The position numbers were made by a program, and so were the translations under genes. A stretch of DNA of 56,609 bases, from the IMG/VR virus record IMGVR_UViG_3300028615_000096, positions 1 through 56,609 of that record. One strand, written 5' to 3'. Under the pieces are notes generated by a model. The model was not told the origin of the DNA. It did not search any database and saw only the letters and a list, made by a program, of their open reading frames with translations. Source of the DNA: a virus (taxonomy: Duplodnaviria; Caudoviricetes). This document shows positions 9,101-20,104 of the stretch, piece by piece (positions within the stretch are counted from its first letter, which is position 1; the number at the start of each line of letters is the position of its first letter).

Positions 9101-10498
9101 GTCGACACGGTTGCGCGGGTGGTCGACTACTCACGGGCTGTGGTGGACTTGATTGCGTTGGCGGAGGTGACGGCGCGCAGCCTGGAGGCGGAGCGCACGC
9201 TCACAGACGCGGTTGCTGTGCCGGACACCGTGCTTCGGGAGGTGGACTACAGCCGATCCGTGACCGACGCGATCAGCTTGGCGGACACGCTGCTGCGCAC
9301 CGTGGAGCTGGGCGTGCTGGTGCAGGACACCGTCACGTTGGCGGAGGTTCTGGTCCACCAGGCCAACTACTCCCGTGTGATCGGGGATCAGATTACGCTG
9401 ATCGAGGCCATCCAGACTTCGGTGGCTGGCCTCATCAGTGTGCTCATCCAAGAGACGCTGTCGCTGGCAGACACGGTGCAGCGGGAAGTCGACTACGTGC
9501 GCGCGCCCAGTGACGCGATCACGTTGGCTGACACTGCGGTGGGCGGGCTGCAGATGGACCGCAACCTGGCGGACACCGTGACACTGGTGGACACGCTGGT
9601 GCGCGAGGCCGTGTACGACCGCACGTTCCTGGACGCTCTGGGCCTGGTGGATACCACAGCGCGCGTCGTGTCCTTCGATCGGGCGGTGGCGGACACCATC
9701 ACGCTGGCGGAGACGCTGGCCCGCACGCTGCAGGCGGACCGCACCATCACGGACACCGTGGTCGTTGCGGAGTCCGTTGCACGGGAAGTGGACTACACCC
9801 GCGCGGTGGTGGACCTGATCTCCTTGCTGGACGCTACGCTCCGCAGCCTCACGGCAGAGCGCATCGTGCAGGACGCCATCACGCTGGCGGACTTGTTGGC
9901 CGCGGGCTTCATTTTTGAGCGTGACCTGGTGGACACGATCACGCTGGCAGAAACGGTGCAGCGTGAGTTGGACGCGTCCAGGACGCAGATCGATACCGCG
10001 GTGCTGCAGGAGGGCGTGCAGCGCGAGGTGAGCTACAGCCGCTCCCAGGCAGACACGGTCGGCGTCGCGGACGTGCTGCTGCGCGCGATGGAGTTCACCA
10101 CCAGCATCGTGGACTCCGTCAGCCTCCTCGACACCACTGCGCGCGCTGCCGACTACAGTCGCACCGTGGTGGACACCATCACGCTGGCGGATTTGCTGTT
10201 CCTGATCCAGGGGCTGATCGAGGTCCTGATCCAGGACAGCATCGGTCTCGCAGACAGCACCGCTCGCACAGCCACCTTCGGCCGCACCGTTGCGGACACC
10301 ATGAGCGTGGACGACACCGGGGGCATTGCGCGTGAGGTGGTGTACAGCAGGCTGTATGCTGAGACCGTGGTGGCTGTTGACATCTGCTTCCAGGAAGGTC
10401 CTCGGCTCCGCGCAACTGGTATAGACTACGATTCGGACGGCGCTCCCCTGGACGCAGTGCCCATGGAGCCGCCATTCATCATTCCGGGAGGAAGCTAG
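6113..10498 (+). CDS. Large fibre/adhesin protein: N-terminal beta domains plus about 42 tandem 19-aa repeats
   Basis: 1461 aa; residues about 617-1425 repeat D(T/A)I(T/S)LA(E/D)xVxRExDYSRxx. Confidence 0.85.
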   Translation: MAIPTVEGVVTANATSGTSATPDISTIDGGSAPTVGDLIFVHLCIQDASATLDQHIDAPDGYHNGGHTYNNEVDAIFWKIWESGDDTTPTFSWPNSGDNAIAVYCIRGVDQTRPIARQSINRYDDSNFVWLSETTPVADCLALALASCDDNRSGSTAPSGWTEQVDQEAGTNIGQWGMTQGFASASSSTGTATMDIGGVGTETNQSRMIILQPPQTATPKDIRVATGSLTSPTSTGNQDITGLGFDCKALIIYGMRVNSTTVLTDAEYVHGIGADDGVTTAAQRCAGVWKDNGVSAATGWSRNGEIIAMYFVPNTTLGSPDLLAAYSRITDGFRLNWTAVDTSGWVFNYIAFGGADLEAVCGAEQGSTSPVSGLPWRPDMVHVCGQNLDSDADQLRNGDLLGLITVGYLDPQAGMGWNVPLDLNTSSALRENAFYSQVNSGALTYDLQFAQTTSDGWSWDGSDTDYFFYLALNWDNATYFPAQLDILQADTSGTGGQDQDVPRFGVGQTFTTKKLVHVVLNDPDTNVSAGDFGHGEGHVKFSYSVVDEDVVAFGFDDSANGAERRRQPDDTFLMATPPDLDSPGKIGDFVDLDTIDWATNNTTGYLIGMFTLGFIGQEYDRTATDTMGVADTTDREVNYSRTDIDTASLAEAVERVVDYVRSATDAVSLAEVLQASMTFDRLLTDAITLVDVVTYVFTPGAGGELFERTITDTITLAETIARNMEMEREQADTMTLAEAVAREHDATRPVLDTLSLLDSTQATMTFDRVLTDVITLAEAVARVADYSRTQTDVAPLVESVLREVDYSRLITDVITLAEFVQAGFIFERDVTDAIGLADSVQREVDYSRPITDAVTLAEVTARSLDTSRAVTDAVGLTEGVLREVDYSRTIADAITLVDTAQAGFIFARTVVDVITLAEALAREADYSRPLADVAPLAEAVQREVDYSRAVVDAISLVDVVQAGFIFERLIADTISLVDAVAAEMTFDRVLTDTVGTVDTVARVVDYSRAVVDLIALAEVTARSLEAERTLTDAVAVPDTVLREVDYSRSVTDAISLADTLLRTVELGVLVQDTVTLAEVLVHQANYSRVIGDQITLIEAIQTSVAGLISVLIQETLSLADTVQREVDYVRAPSDAITLADTAVGGLQMDRNLADTVTLVDTLVREAVYDRTFLDALGLVDTTARVVSFDRAVADTITLAETLARTLQADRTITDTVVVAESVAREVDYTRAVVDLISLLDATLRSLTAERIVQDAITLADLLAAGFIFERDLVDTITLAETVQRELDASRTQIDTAVLQEGVQREVSYSRSQADTVGVADVLLRAMEFTTSIVDSVSLLDTTARAADYSRTVVDTITLADLLFLIQGLIEVLIQDSIGLADSTARTATFGRTVADTMSVDDTGGIAREVVYSRLYAETVVAVDICFQEGPRLRATGIDYDSDGAPLDAVPMEPPFIIPGGS
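7964..10385 (+). repeat. Degenerate 57-bp (19-aa) coding tandem repeat
   Basis: Recurring GACACCATCACGCTGGCGGA and GAGGTGGACTACTCCCG words at about 57-bp period. Confidence 0.9.
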
Positions 10499-11566
10499 AT
10501 GCCCAGCCTTGGACGAGGAGAAGCCAGCACCTGCGGGAACCCGAAGCTGGACATCTTCATGCGGCTGGGCGGCGCGCTGGTGGACGTCAACAGCCTGGAG
10601 TTCCAGATCTTCGAGAAGATCACCAACCCGCTGGTGCCTGTGCAGGTCTACCCGGCGGTGGGGCGCGCCGCGGTGGACATCGCCAACGACTGCCCCACCG
10701 GTCACCGTTTGGGGACTGGCCACTACGTGGCGGAGTACACCGTCCCCACGGCCGCGCCCACAGGCACCTACGAGGTGCGCTGGTTCTTCAACCTGACGGC
10801 CACCACCCCGGAGCAGGAGTTCCGGGAGGAGTTCGAGGTGCTGCCCGGGGCTGTGGCCTCCAGCGGAGGCGCCTACACCACGATCCAGGCGATGCGTGAT
10901 GAAGGGGTGCCCGCGACGGTCAGTGACGAGCGCCTCATGCGCCTCATCTTCGAGGCGTCCGACTACATCGACAAGGTCACCGGGCGCTGGTTCGAGCCGC
11001 GCACCGCCGTCTATACCTTCGACGGCTCGCAGACCGTTTCCATGTTGCTGGAGCAGCCGATCATCGCGGTCAGCTCCGTGAGCGTGGACGGCGTTGCCTT
11101 CGCCACCAGCGACATCATCGTCTACAACCGCCACATCTCGGAGGGGCTGCGGAACCCGGATGACCGCGAGAACCCCAAGGTGGAGCTGAACCAGCCGCTG
11201 GACGACGATCTGCTGTTCAAGATCGGCCTGAAGGTCTTCCCGCGCGGCCAACTCAACATCAGCATCGACGGCGTCTTCGGCTACACCGACTACGACGGGA
11301 GCGCCACGGGTGTGACTCCGGCCCTCATCGAGAACGCGTGCAAGCGCTTGGTCATCCGTGGGCTCACGCCGCTGTACGACGCGGACCCCACGGACCTGGC
11401 CTCCAGCGCGCACCGCATCACGGAGTTGCGCACGCGCGACCAGTGGATCCGCTACGGCGACCCCAACCGCTTGGGCCTGGCCGCGCCCGGGCCGTTCACC
11501 GGTGACCGGGAGATCGACAACATCTTGCTGATGTTCCGGCGGCCGCCGCTCGTGAGGGCTGTGTGA
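10499..11566 (+). CDS. Head-tail adaptor with N-terminal Ig-like domain
   Basis: YTTIQAMRDEG...ASDYIDKVTGRWF...FPRGQLNI..GVFGY...ALIENACKRLV connector pattern. Confidence 0.75.
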   Translation: MPSLGRGEASTCGNPKLDIFMRLGGALVDVNSLEFQIFEKITNPLVPVQVYPAVGRAAVDIANDCPTGHRLGTGHYVAEYTVPTAAPTGTYEVRWFFNLTATTPEQEFREEFEVLPGAVASSGGAYTTIQAMRDEGVPATVSDERLMRLIFEASDYIDKVTGRWFEPRTAVYTFDGSQTVSMLLEQPIIAVSSVSVDGVAFATSDIIVYNRHISEGLRNPDDRENPKVELNQPLDDDLLFKIGLKVFPRGQLNISIDGVFGYTDYDGSATGVTPALIENACKRLVIRGLTPLYDADPTDLASSAHRITELRTRDQWIRYGDPNRLGLAAPGPFTGDREIDNILLMFRRPPLVRAV

Positions 11567-11567
11567 G

Positions 11568-12098
11568 ATGGCACGCGGACGCCTCATCTTCCCGTTCTTG
11601 TTCGACATCGCGCAGCTGGACACACAGGCCACTGACGCAGACCCGGACGGTGCGGGACCGCTGACCAGCGGTTACGACGACGTGTTCCGCGAGCCCGTGG
11701 TGGTGCCGCCGTCCAGCGGCTCCTCGCGCGGTGTGGTGGCGCGCCAGGAGACGATCATCCGGGTGAAGGCGCAGTTCGAAGAGGGCAACTTCGAGGACCT
11801 GGAGATGATGTCCACGGGGCGCAGCCCCTCTTCGCAGATCCGCCTGTGCCTGCACTACCGCGACCTGGAGAACGCGGGTCTGGTGGAGCTGGCAACGGGC
11901 CGTCCGCTGCTCCGGATCAACGATCGTTTGGTGGCCTGCTACAACCCGCGCACCGCCGTGCTCATCGAGCAGTTTCCGGATCCGCCCGGGCTCTATTGCA
12001 CGGAGGTGCAGTCCCGCTCGTTCGGCCTCGGCCCTCACCGCAACCTGCTGCTGCTCACGTTCCAGGAGCGTGACGTCTCTGCGCGGAGCCCGGGCTGA
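11568..12098 (+). CDS. Head closure / neck protein
   Basis: 176 aa; position after adaptor; SGYDDVFREP motif. Confidence 0.6.
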   Translation: MARGRLIFPFLFDIAQLDTQATDADPDGAGPLTSGYDDVFREPVVVPPSSGSSRGVVARQETIIRVKAQFEEGNFEDLEMMSTGRSPSSQIRLCLHYRDLENAGLVELATGRPLLRINDRLVACYNPRTAVLIEQFPDPPGLYCTEVQSRSFGLGPHRNLLLLTFQERDVSARSPG

Positions 12099-12802
12099 TG
12101 GCGGGACTCAAGCAGATGCGCCTGCTGCAGCGCAGAGGCACCGCCATGCACCCCGCCAAGGGCCCGCTGAAGGTGGAGATCATCCCGGTGGGGGACTGGT
12201 CCAAAGTGGCCAGGCTCATGGCCGCTGGTGGTGCGGCCATGAAGAAGGCGATCAACAACGCGACGCGGGATGAGGCGCGGGACCTGGCCAAGCAGGTGCG
12301 TGACGGCCTGACGCAGCAGGCGCCGGGCGGCAAGCCGTTCACGCACCGCGTGCGGCCCACTACCCTGGCCTACCGCCGCATGCACGGGGCGCGCAGCCGC
12401 AAGACGCTGCTGGAGTCGCGCAGCATGCGTGACGCGATCAAGGCCAAGCAGGTGGCGCGTGGGGCCAACCCCACGTGGACCGTGGGCATCCAGCGCGGCG
12501 TGGCCGCCAACCGGCCCGGGGGCAAGGACCTGGCGGACGTCGCAGAGCGCCAGGAGCGCGGCTACGTGGTGGTGCTGCCCAAGACCAAGCTCAAGGCGTT
12601 CTTCGCGGCCATGCGCGCGGGCGGCGGTCCGCTGGGTTCTCGGCACAAAGGCAAGGGGCACGGCGTGGTGGTGGGCAACCAGATCGTGATCAGTGTCCCC
12701 GCCCGCCCGTTCTTCGGCCCCGTCTTTCGGGCCGCCAAGCGCGGCGCCCGGGAGCGGTTCCTGAAGCGCATCCGTTCGCATTTGCCCGTGGACTTCAGCT
12801 AG
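12098..12802 (+). CDS. Virion morphogenesis / neck protein (HK97 gp10-like)
   Basis: Basic 234 aa protein with ISVPARPFFGPVF C-terminal motif. Confidence 0.7.
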   Translation: MAGLKQMRLLQRRGTAMHPAKGPLKVEIIPVGDWSKVARLMAAGGAAMKKAINNATRDEARDLAKQVRDGLTQQAPGGKPFTHRVRPTTLAYRRMHGARSRKTLLESRSMRDAIKAKQVARGANPTWTVGIQRGVAANRPGGKDLADVAERQERGYVVVLPKTKLKAFFAAMRAGGGPLGSRHKGKGHGVVVGNQIVISVPARPFFGPVFRAAKRGARERFLKRIRSHLPVDFS

Positions 12803-12818
12803 ACTAGGGGTAAGCACC

Positions 12819-14810
12819 ATGGCTGCAATTCTGAAATTCGACCAGGCTGGACTTCCCGCAGGCGTGGACAACGAGGGCCGGGAGGACATCTCGTCCGTGG
12901 ACGCAGGTGGCGGCGCCGTTGCGCCCGTGGTCGTCACCGTCGTCAACCCGCCGGCCAACCTGGACACCACGGTGGTCTCCATCGAGGACGCGCCGCCCGG
13001 CGCCAACCAGCTGCTGGTGGACAACGGGGACGGCACGTACGACCTCACCTTCGATGTCGGCGTCTACGGTCCATTCCGGATCAAGCTGCTGCACACGCTG
13101 CTCACGGGCGTCACGGAGTCCGTGACCAAGATCATCAGCATTGCCAGTCCCAACCGCGGGATCCATTACCCGGCGCTGGGTGAGCGGGGCGACCCCGACG
13201 CGTCCCTCACCAATAACGGCGCCGACGTCATCGCAGCCACCGAGCGAAACCCAGGGGGTTCGGTGCGGGGGTATCACGGCTTCTACCGACGGGTCGCGGA
13301 AATCCTGGAGTCGCTGACGGCGGCGGCGGTGCAAACGGCGGCGGACACCGTCTGGTACATTGACCCCACCAACGGCGATGACGTTGCTGGTGATGGATCG
13401 CAAGGGGCGCCCCTCGCCTCGCTCGCAGAGTGGAAGACGCGACAACCCCCGTACATCCAGCACGAGATCCGGGTGAAGTGTCGACGGGATACCTATGTGA
13501 TGCCCGACGACGGGTTACTGACCGGATTCCAGTTCAAGGCGCCAGGGCGGGTAGTCGTAGAGGCTGACGAGGACTGGGATCCTTCGATACCGACTGTCTT
13601 GCAGACTGCTACCGTGGCCACGTCGAGCGGAGTCAGCGGCACGATCAGCGGCACTTGGAACGCTGACTACCGCTTGAAGACGATGGAGTGGAGCGACGGC
13701 ACCGGAGTGAAGGGCAAGACCCATCTCTTGGTTGCCCCCAACGGGGGTAATAACTGGGTTGTGATGGGGCAGGGCCTGAACGACGCCCCTGCCGTTGGTG
13801 ACACGATTCGGATCCTGGAATACGACGGCTGCGTTTTTGTGCCTCCGACAGTGTCTGGGTTCTTCGGAACCAACCCTTATGTTCTTACCGACAACAGCCT
13901 GTCTGGTCCCGCCGACCTAACGATAGGCAACACGTTCGGTATCGCGGTGCCAGATCCAATCCTGAGCTTTGTCGCTATCAAGGGGGTCCGATTCCGAAAC
14001 AACGCATCGTACGAAAACTTCCGATTCGGCCGTGGGTGTTGTTGGGTCTATGGGTGCTCGGCAGAGCGGGTCAGCAATGCTGGTTTCAGCAACTTCTTGG
14101 AATGCCTAGGCGAGGTTCAACTGGGGGTTAGCCTTGGCGACCCCTACACAAGTCCTCCGACGGGAGGTACGGGCAGCGACGAGTTTGCAGATCTAGAGGG
14201 GTGGGGCTGGCGTGAGATCGGATTCAACGTTTTGCAGCCAGTCCGGTACGAGGCGAGGGTAATCGGATACCTGGGCAATGACGCAGCACTGATCGACGCG
14301 CTTGGGGATCCCCCTCCCGGCGCTCTGGGAGGAAGCTTCGGTTTCATTACTGGGTTGTTTTCGCTGTACGGAGGGATCATTGGTCGCGTGTTTCCGAGTA
14401 CGGTTGGTGGTTACCGAATACTGCTGAGGGGCGCCTCAGCGACGCAGCGGGTGTACCTGAACGCTCCATCGGGCAACCGGTTCGCGCGCCTTCCCGGGAA
14501 CAACGGGGACTATTCAACGTTGCTGCTGAGCAACTGCGCGATCAACGGCCTAGGAGCCGATCTGAAAGGATTCGCGGCAATCCGCGAAAGCGGCAGCAAT
14601 GTCCGAACCAATGCCGGGGCGGGGCCCTCGCTGCTACTCGAAGGCGGGGCCACCTACATCATATCCGGGGACGATTTGCAGTTGAACTCAGGAGGGGATG
14701 GGACGTTTGTGGTCGATGGCGTGGCGATAGATCCCGCAGCAGTGCTGACTGGTCCCGGCACGGGGACAGTTGGGGCACGCGGATCGCGTGTAGTCCGCAC
14801 CACGACGTAG
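12819..14810 (+). CDS. Putative neck/tail fibre or spike, receptor-binding
   Basis: 663 aa; WYIDPTNGDD..GDGSQGAPLASL beta-helix entry motif; C-terminal two thirds have atypical codon use. Confidence 0.65.
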   Translation: MAAILKFDQAGLPAGVDNEGREDISSVDAGGGAVAPVVVTVVNPPANLDTTVVSIEDAPPGANQLLVDNGDGTYDLTFDVGVYGPFRIKLLHTLLTGVTESVTKIISIASPNRGIHYPALGERGDPDASLTNNGADVIAATERNPGGSVRGYHGFYRRVAEILESLTAAAVQTAADTVWYIDPTNGDDVAGDGSQGAPLASLAEWKTRQPPYIQHEIRVKCRRDTYVMPDDGLLTGFQFKAPGRVVVEADEDWDPSIPTVLQTATVATSSGVSGTISGTWNADYRLKTMEWSDGTGVKGKTHLLVAPNGGNNWVVMGQGLNDAPAVGDTIRILEYDGCVFVPPTVSGFFGTNPYVLTDNSLSGPADLTIGNTFGIAVPDPILSFVAIKGVRFRNNASYENFRFGRGCCWVYGCSAERVSNAGFSNFLECLGEVQLGVSLGDPYTSPPTGGTGSDEFADLEGWGWREIGFNVLQPVRYEARVIGYLGNDAALIDALGDPPPGALGGSFGFITGLFSLYGGIIGRVFPSTVGGYRILLRGASATQRVYLNAPSGNRFARLPGNNGDYSTLLLSNCAINGLGADLKGFAAIRESGSNVRTNAGAGPSLLLEGGATYIISGDDLQLNSGGDGTFVVDGVAIDPAAVLTGPGTGTVGARGSRVVRTTT

Positions 14811-14821
14811 GAGCGTTGTAG

Positions 14822-15889
14822 ATGGGAGCGGGGCTGACACCAGCAGGGCTTGGAGCCGCAGGGCTCGGTGGTTCAGGGCCACCGACGATCTCTGCGGTGA
14901 CGCCCGCGCTGGTGCACACCGGCGGAGGCACGCTGGTGGAGATCACCGGCACCAACTTCCGCGTGCCCGTGATCCCGCCACCGGGCGGCGGCGTAGCAGC
15001 GCCGGTGGGCCCCACAGTGCAGGTCACCTTTGGTGGCGAGGCCGCGCAGTTCGTCGGCGTCATCAACTCCACCCGCCTCATCGTCCGCGTCCCGCAGTCT
15101 CCCCTGCCTCTGACGCCCCCGGCGTACGGCGAGGGCTCGGTGGACGTGGTGGTGACCAACCTGGACCCTGACGGGCTGCCGATCGCGGGCGAGTCCGTGA
15201 CGCTGGTGGACGGGCTCACTTACGAGCGCCCGCAGCTTGCCAACGAGTCGATCGTCACCCGCGTGACGCGGCAGTTGGTTCTATGGATGCGGCAGCAGGT
15301 CCTGCCGAACGTGACCACAACGACGCACACCGACTACGACGAGGACCCCTCCGACGGGCTCAACATCACCGAGTTGGCGCAGCTGCCAGGGATCGCGCTG
15401 ATCGGCCCAGACCTGGAGGAAAACCGCTTCTTTTCGCTCAACCAGCAGCCCGTGGTGGACACGCTCACGGGGGTGCAGGTGCGCCAGGTTCCGTACACCG
15501 TGGACATGGCCTTCTCGGTGCTGGGCGTCTCCGACAACCAGCAAGAGCTGCTGAACATGATGACCGTTGTGCAGCAGTTCTTTCACCGCAACAAGTATCT
15601 ACGGCTGCTTAGAGATGCAACGGATCCGAACTCCGGCGAGGTCTCCTACGAGATGGAGGTGGTCGAGGGCGGTGACATGCGCACCTTCGGCGCCCCGAAT
15701 ACTTCGAACATCCGCACGTTCTCTGGTACGATTGTCGTGCGCGGCGTTGACCTCGAAGACATCGAGGGCTTCCCGGGCCAGCAGGTGTCCGACACGGTCG
15801 ACACCTTCCCTGCAGACGGCGATGTGAACTTGTCAACGGAGCAAATCGGTGCGAGCTTCAACGTCGGGCCCAGTCCTGGAGATTGCTGA
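14822..15889 (+). CDS. IPT/TIG-domain tail terminator-like protein
   Basis: PTISAVTP..GGTLVEITGTNF...VTFGG IPT motif; C-terminal terminator-like domain; precedes sheath. Confidence 0.75.
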   Translation: MGAGLTPAGLGAAGLGGSGPPTISAVTPALVHTGGGTLVEITGTNFRVPVIPPPGGGVAAPVGPTVQVTFGGEAAQFVGVINSTRLIVRVPQSPLPLTPPAYGEGSVDVVVTNLDPDGLPIAGESVTLVDGLTYERPQLANESIVTRVTRQLVLWMRQQVLPNVTTTTHTDYDEDPSDGLNITELAQLPGIALIGPDLEENRFFSLNQQPVVDTLTGVQVRQVPYTVDMAFSVLGVSDNQQELLNMMTVVQQFFHRNKYLRLLRDATDPNSGEVSYEMEVVEGGDMRTFGAPNTSNIRTFSGTIVVRGVDLEDIEGFPGQQVSDTVDTFPADGDVNLSTEQIGASFNVGPSPGDC

Positions 15890-16263
15890 ATGGCGCAGAC
15901 GGCGACACTGATCAACTTGAGCCCGCGTCCGCGGACGATCGTGCTGGACCACCCGGCCTTCCGGGACAAGCAGTACGGGTTCAAGCGCGTGGCCGTGCCG
16001 GCGCCCTCCACGTCTCCCAGCGGACGCTCCGGCAACGCCTTCGTGCGGCAGTCGATCCCGGGCTCCATCACCGTGCCTGGCATGGGCAAGGTCGAGGGAC
16101 TGCACCCGGCGATCAAGCACTGCGCGCAGGTGCGCACGCAGCTCGGCAGCACGCTGCGCATCGAGCTGGTCAACGTGCCGGACGTGCCGCTGGACGTGAA
16201 GCCCACAGGTGGCCGCCGCCGCGGCGGGAAGTCGGAAGCGGCTTCGAGCGAGGGAGATAGCTG

Positions 16264-16264
<1 letters not shown>
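15890..16264 (+). CDS. Hypothetical tail protein
   Basis: 124 aa, coupled on both sides (TGAATG, TGATG). Confidence 0.7.
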
Positions 16265-18534
<2,270 letters not shown>

Positions 18535-18548
18535 GGAGGAGCTGATCC

Positions 18549-19025
18549 ATGCCCGTCATCGGAGGAGTCCGCAGTTTCCACAAGAAGTTCAAGTTCCTGG
18601 TCCGTGTCGAGGACCCGGTGGCCGGGCAGCGCCTGTCCGCGGGCTTCCAGACGGTCTCCGAGCTGTCGGCGGAGGTGGCCAAGATCGAGCACTACGAGGG
18701 CGGCAACATCCGGCCCTTCAAGGAGCCCGGTCGGGTCACGTACACCGATCTCACGCTGGAGCGCGGCGCCACGAGCGACCGGCTGTTGTGGGACTGGTGG
18801 GAGCAGGTGGTCTTCGGTGCCGCCCTCCGCGGCCTCACCGGCGCGGAATACTGCCGGGACATCGAGATCCTGCAGCTGGACCGCGACGACTCGATCCTTC
18901 GCCGCTGGCTGGTCTACGGCTGCTTCCCGCAGAAGTTCATGGCGGGCGAATGGGACAACGACGCCGACGAGAACGTCATCGAGAGCGTCGTGCTCACCTA
19001 CAACTACTTCGACCTGATCCAGTAG
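18549..19025 (+). CDS. Tail tube protein (T4 gp19-like)
   Basis: AGFQTVSEL..E..YEGG...KEPG...YTDLTLERG...E.VVLTY. Confidence 0.9.
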   Translation: MPVIGGVRSFHKKFKFLVRVEDPVAGQRLSAGFQTVSELSAEVAKIEHYEGGNIRPFKEPGRVTYTDLTLERGATSDRLLWDWWEQVVFGAALRGLTGAEYCRDIEILQLDRDDSILRRWLVYGCFPQKFMAGEWDNDADENVIESVVLTYNYFDLIQ

Positions 19026-19087
19026 CCCAGGGCGTGGTAGCGTAGGCGAGCGCCGCAGCTGGCGGCGTAGAAGCGGGGAAGACGCCT

Positions 19088-19861
19088 ATGCCTGAAATCG
19101 ATGTGGAGTGCCCCTCCGGGCTTTCTGGAACCGTGCGCGGCCTGAAGGCCCGTGAGCTGAACATCCTGGGGGACCGGCGCGCTGTGCGCTCCGGGGAGGC
19201 CCTAGACCGCATCCTGCGGGCCTGCTGGACCAAGACCACCGCCCCGGGCCCCTACGACTTCAAGGACGGGGTGCCGGACTGGGATCGTGCGCTGCAGTGC
19301 GACCGGTTCTACACGCTGATGCAGATCCGCGTGGCCACGTACCCGGACGAGAAGTATGCGTTCGGCGTCGGCTGCCAGAACGGCAGCTGCGGGGAGAACT
19401 TCGACTGGGAGTTGGACCTCGACGAGCTGCCGTACAAGGACCTGCCGGAGGAGTCCAAGGCCAAGGTGCGGTCTCAGGAGTTGTTCGAGACCGACCTGCA
19501 CGGCACCAAGATCAAGTGGAAGCTCGCCACCGGCAAGGAGGAGAAGAGGGCCACTCGAAAGGTGTCCTCGCCCACCATCACCGCCGCCCTCGGACTCCGC
19601 ATCGTGGAGGTGGAAGGCGTGGCCAGGCCCTCCATCGACACCTGGCTGGAGGACCTGGAGGTGGCGGAGTGCCGTGACCTGCTGCGCGAGTTCGAGGCGG
19701 CAGACGGCGGCGTGGAGACGGAGATCGAAGTGGAGTGCCCCTACTGCCTGAGCGTGCAGAGGCTGGATCTCCCTTTTTCGGCGGAGTTCTTCGTACCCCG
19801 TACCAAGGGCAAGAAGAACTCCGCCGCGCCCAAGAAGAAGCCCCGGAAGAAGCGCCGGTAG
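19088..19861 (+). CDS. Tail assembly chaperone (G-like)
   Basis: Between tube and tape measure; two CxxC-type motifs; ends just past a slippery site. Confidence 0.8.
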   Translation: MPEIDVECPSGLSGTVRGLKARELNILGDRRAVRSGEALDRILRACWTKTTAPGPYDFKDGVPDWDRALQCDRFYTLMQIRVATYPDEKYAFGVGCQNGSCGENFDWELDLDELPYKDLPEESKAKVRSQELFETDLHGTKIKWKLATGKEEKRATRKVSSPTITAALGLRIVEVEGVARPSIDTWLEDLEVAECRDLLREFEAADGGVETEIEVECPYCLSVQRLDLPFSAEFFVPRTKGKKNSAAPKKKPRKKRR

Positions 19862-20088
19862 GCCCCTACGGCATCATCGGCGGCCTGTTCCCCCGGTTCA
19901 GCCAGGGGGACGTGCGCGAGCTATACTTCCAGCTGACGTACAAGCAGCACGGCGGCTCGGGGCTCAACTGGACTCCAGCTGACGTGGACAATTGCGAAGT
20001 CGGCGAGGTACTTTGGCAGCTGGACCGCCTGAAGAAGCAGCGCGAGCAAGAGGCGCGCGCCATCGAGAAGGCGCACCGCAAGAAGTAG
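19771..20088 (+). CDS. -1 frameshift extension of tail assembly chaperone (GT-like)
   Basis: Slippery C CCT TTT at 19771-19777; the -1 frame reads PFFGGV...HGGSGLNW to a stop at 20088. Confidence 0.75.
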   Translation, partial: PFFGGVLRTPYQGQEELRRAQEEAPEEAPVGPYGIIGGLFPRFSQGDVRELYFQLTYKQHGGSGLNWTPADVDNCEVGEVLWQLDRLKKQREQEARAIEKAHRKK

Positions 20089-20104
20089 TAGGACATCCAC
20101 CCAC

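Noticed and set aside
7964-10385. 57-bp periodicity as a CRISPR array or DGR template
   Set aside because: Repeats are degenerate at synonymous positions inside an open frame; no unique spacers, cas genes or reverse transcriptase in the window.
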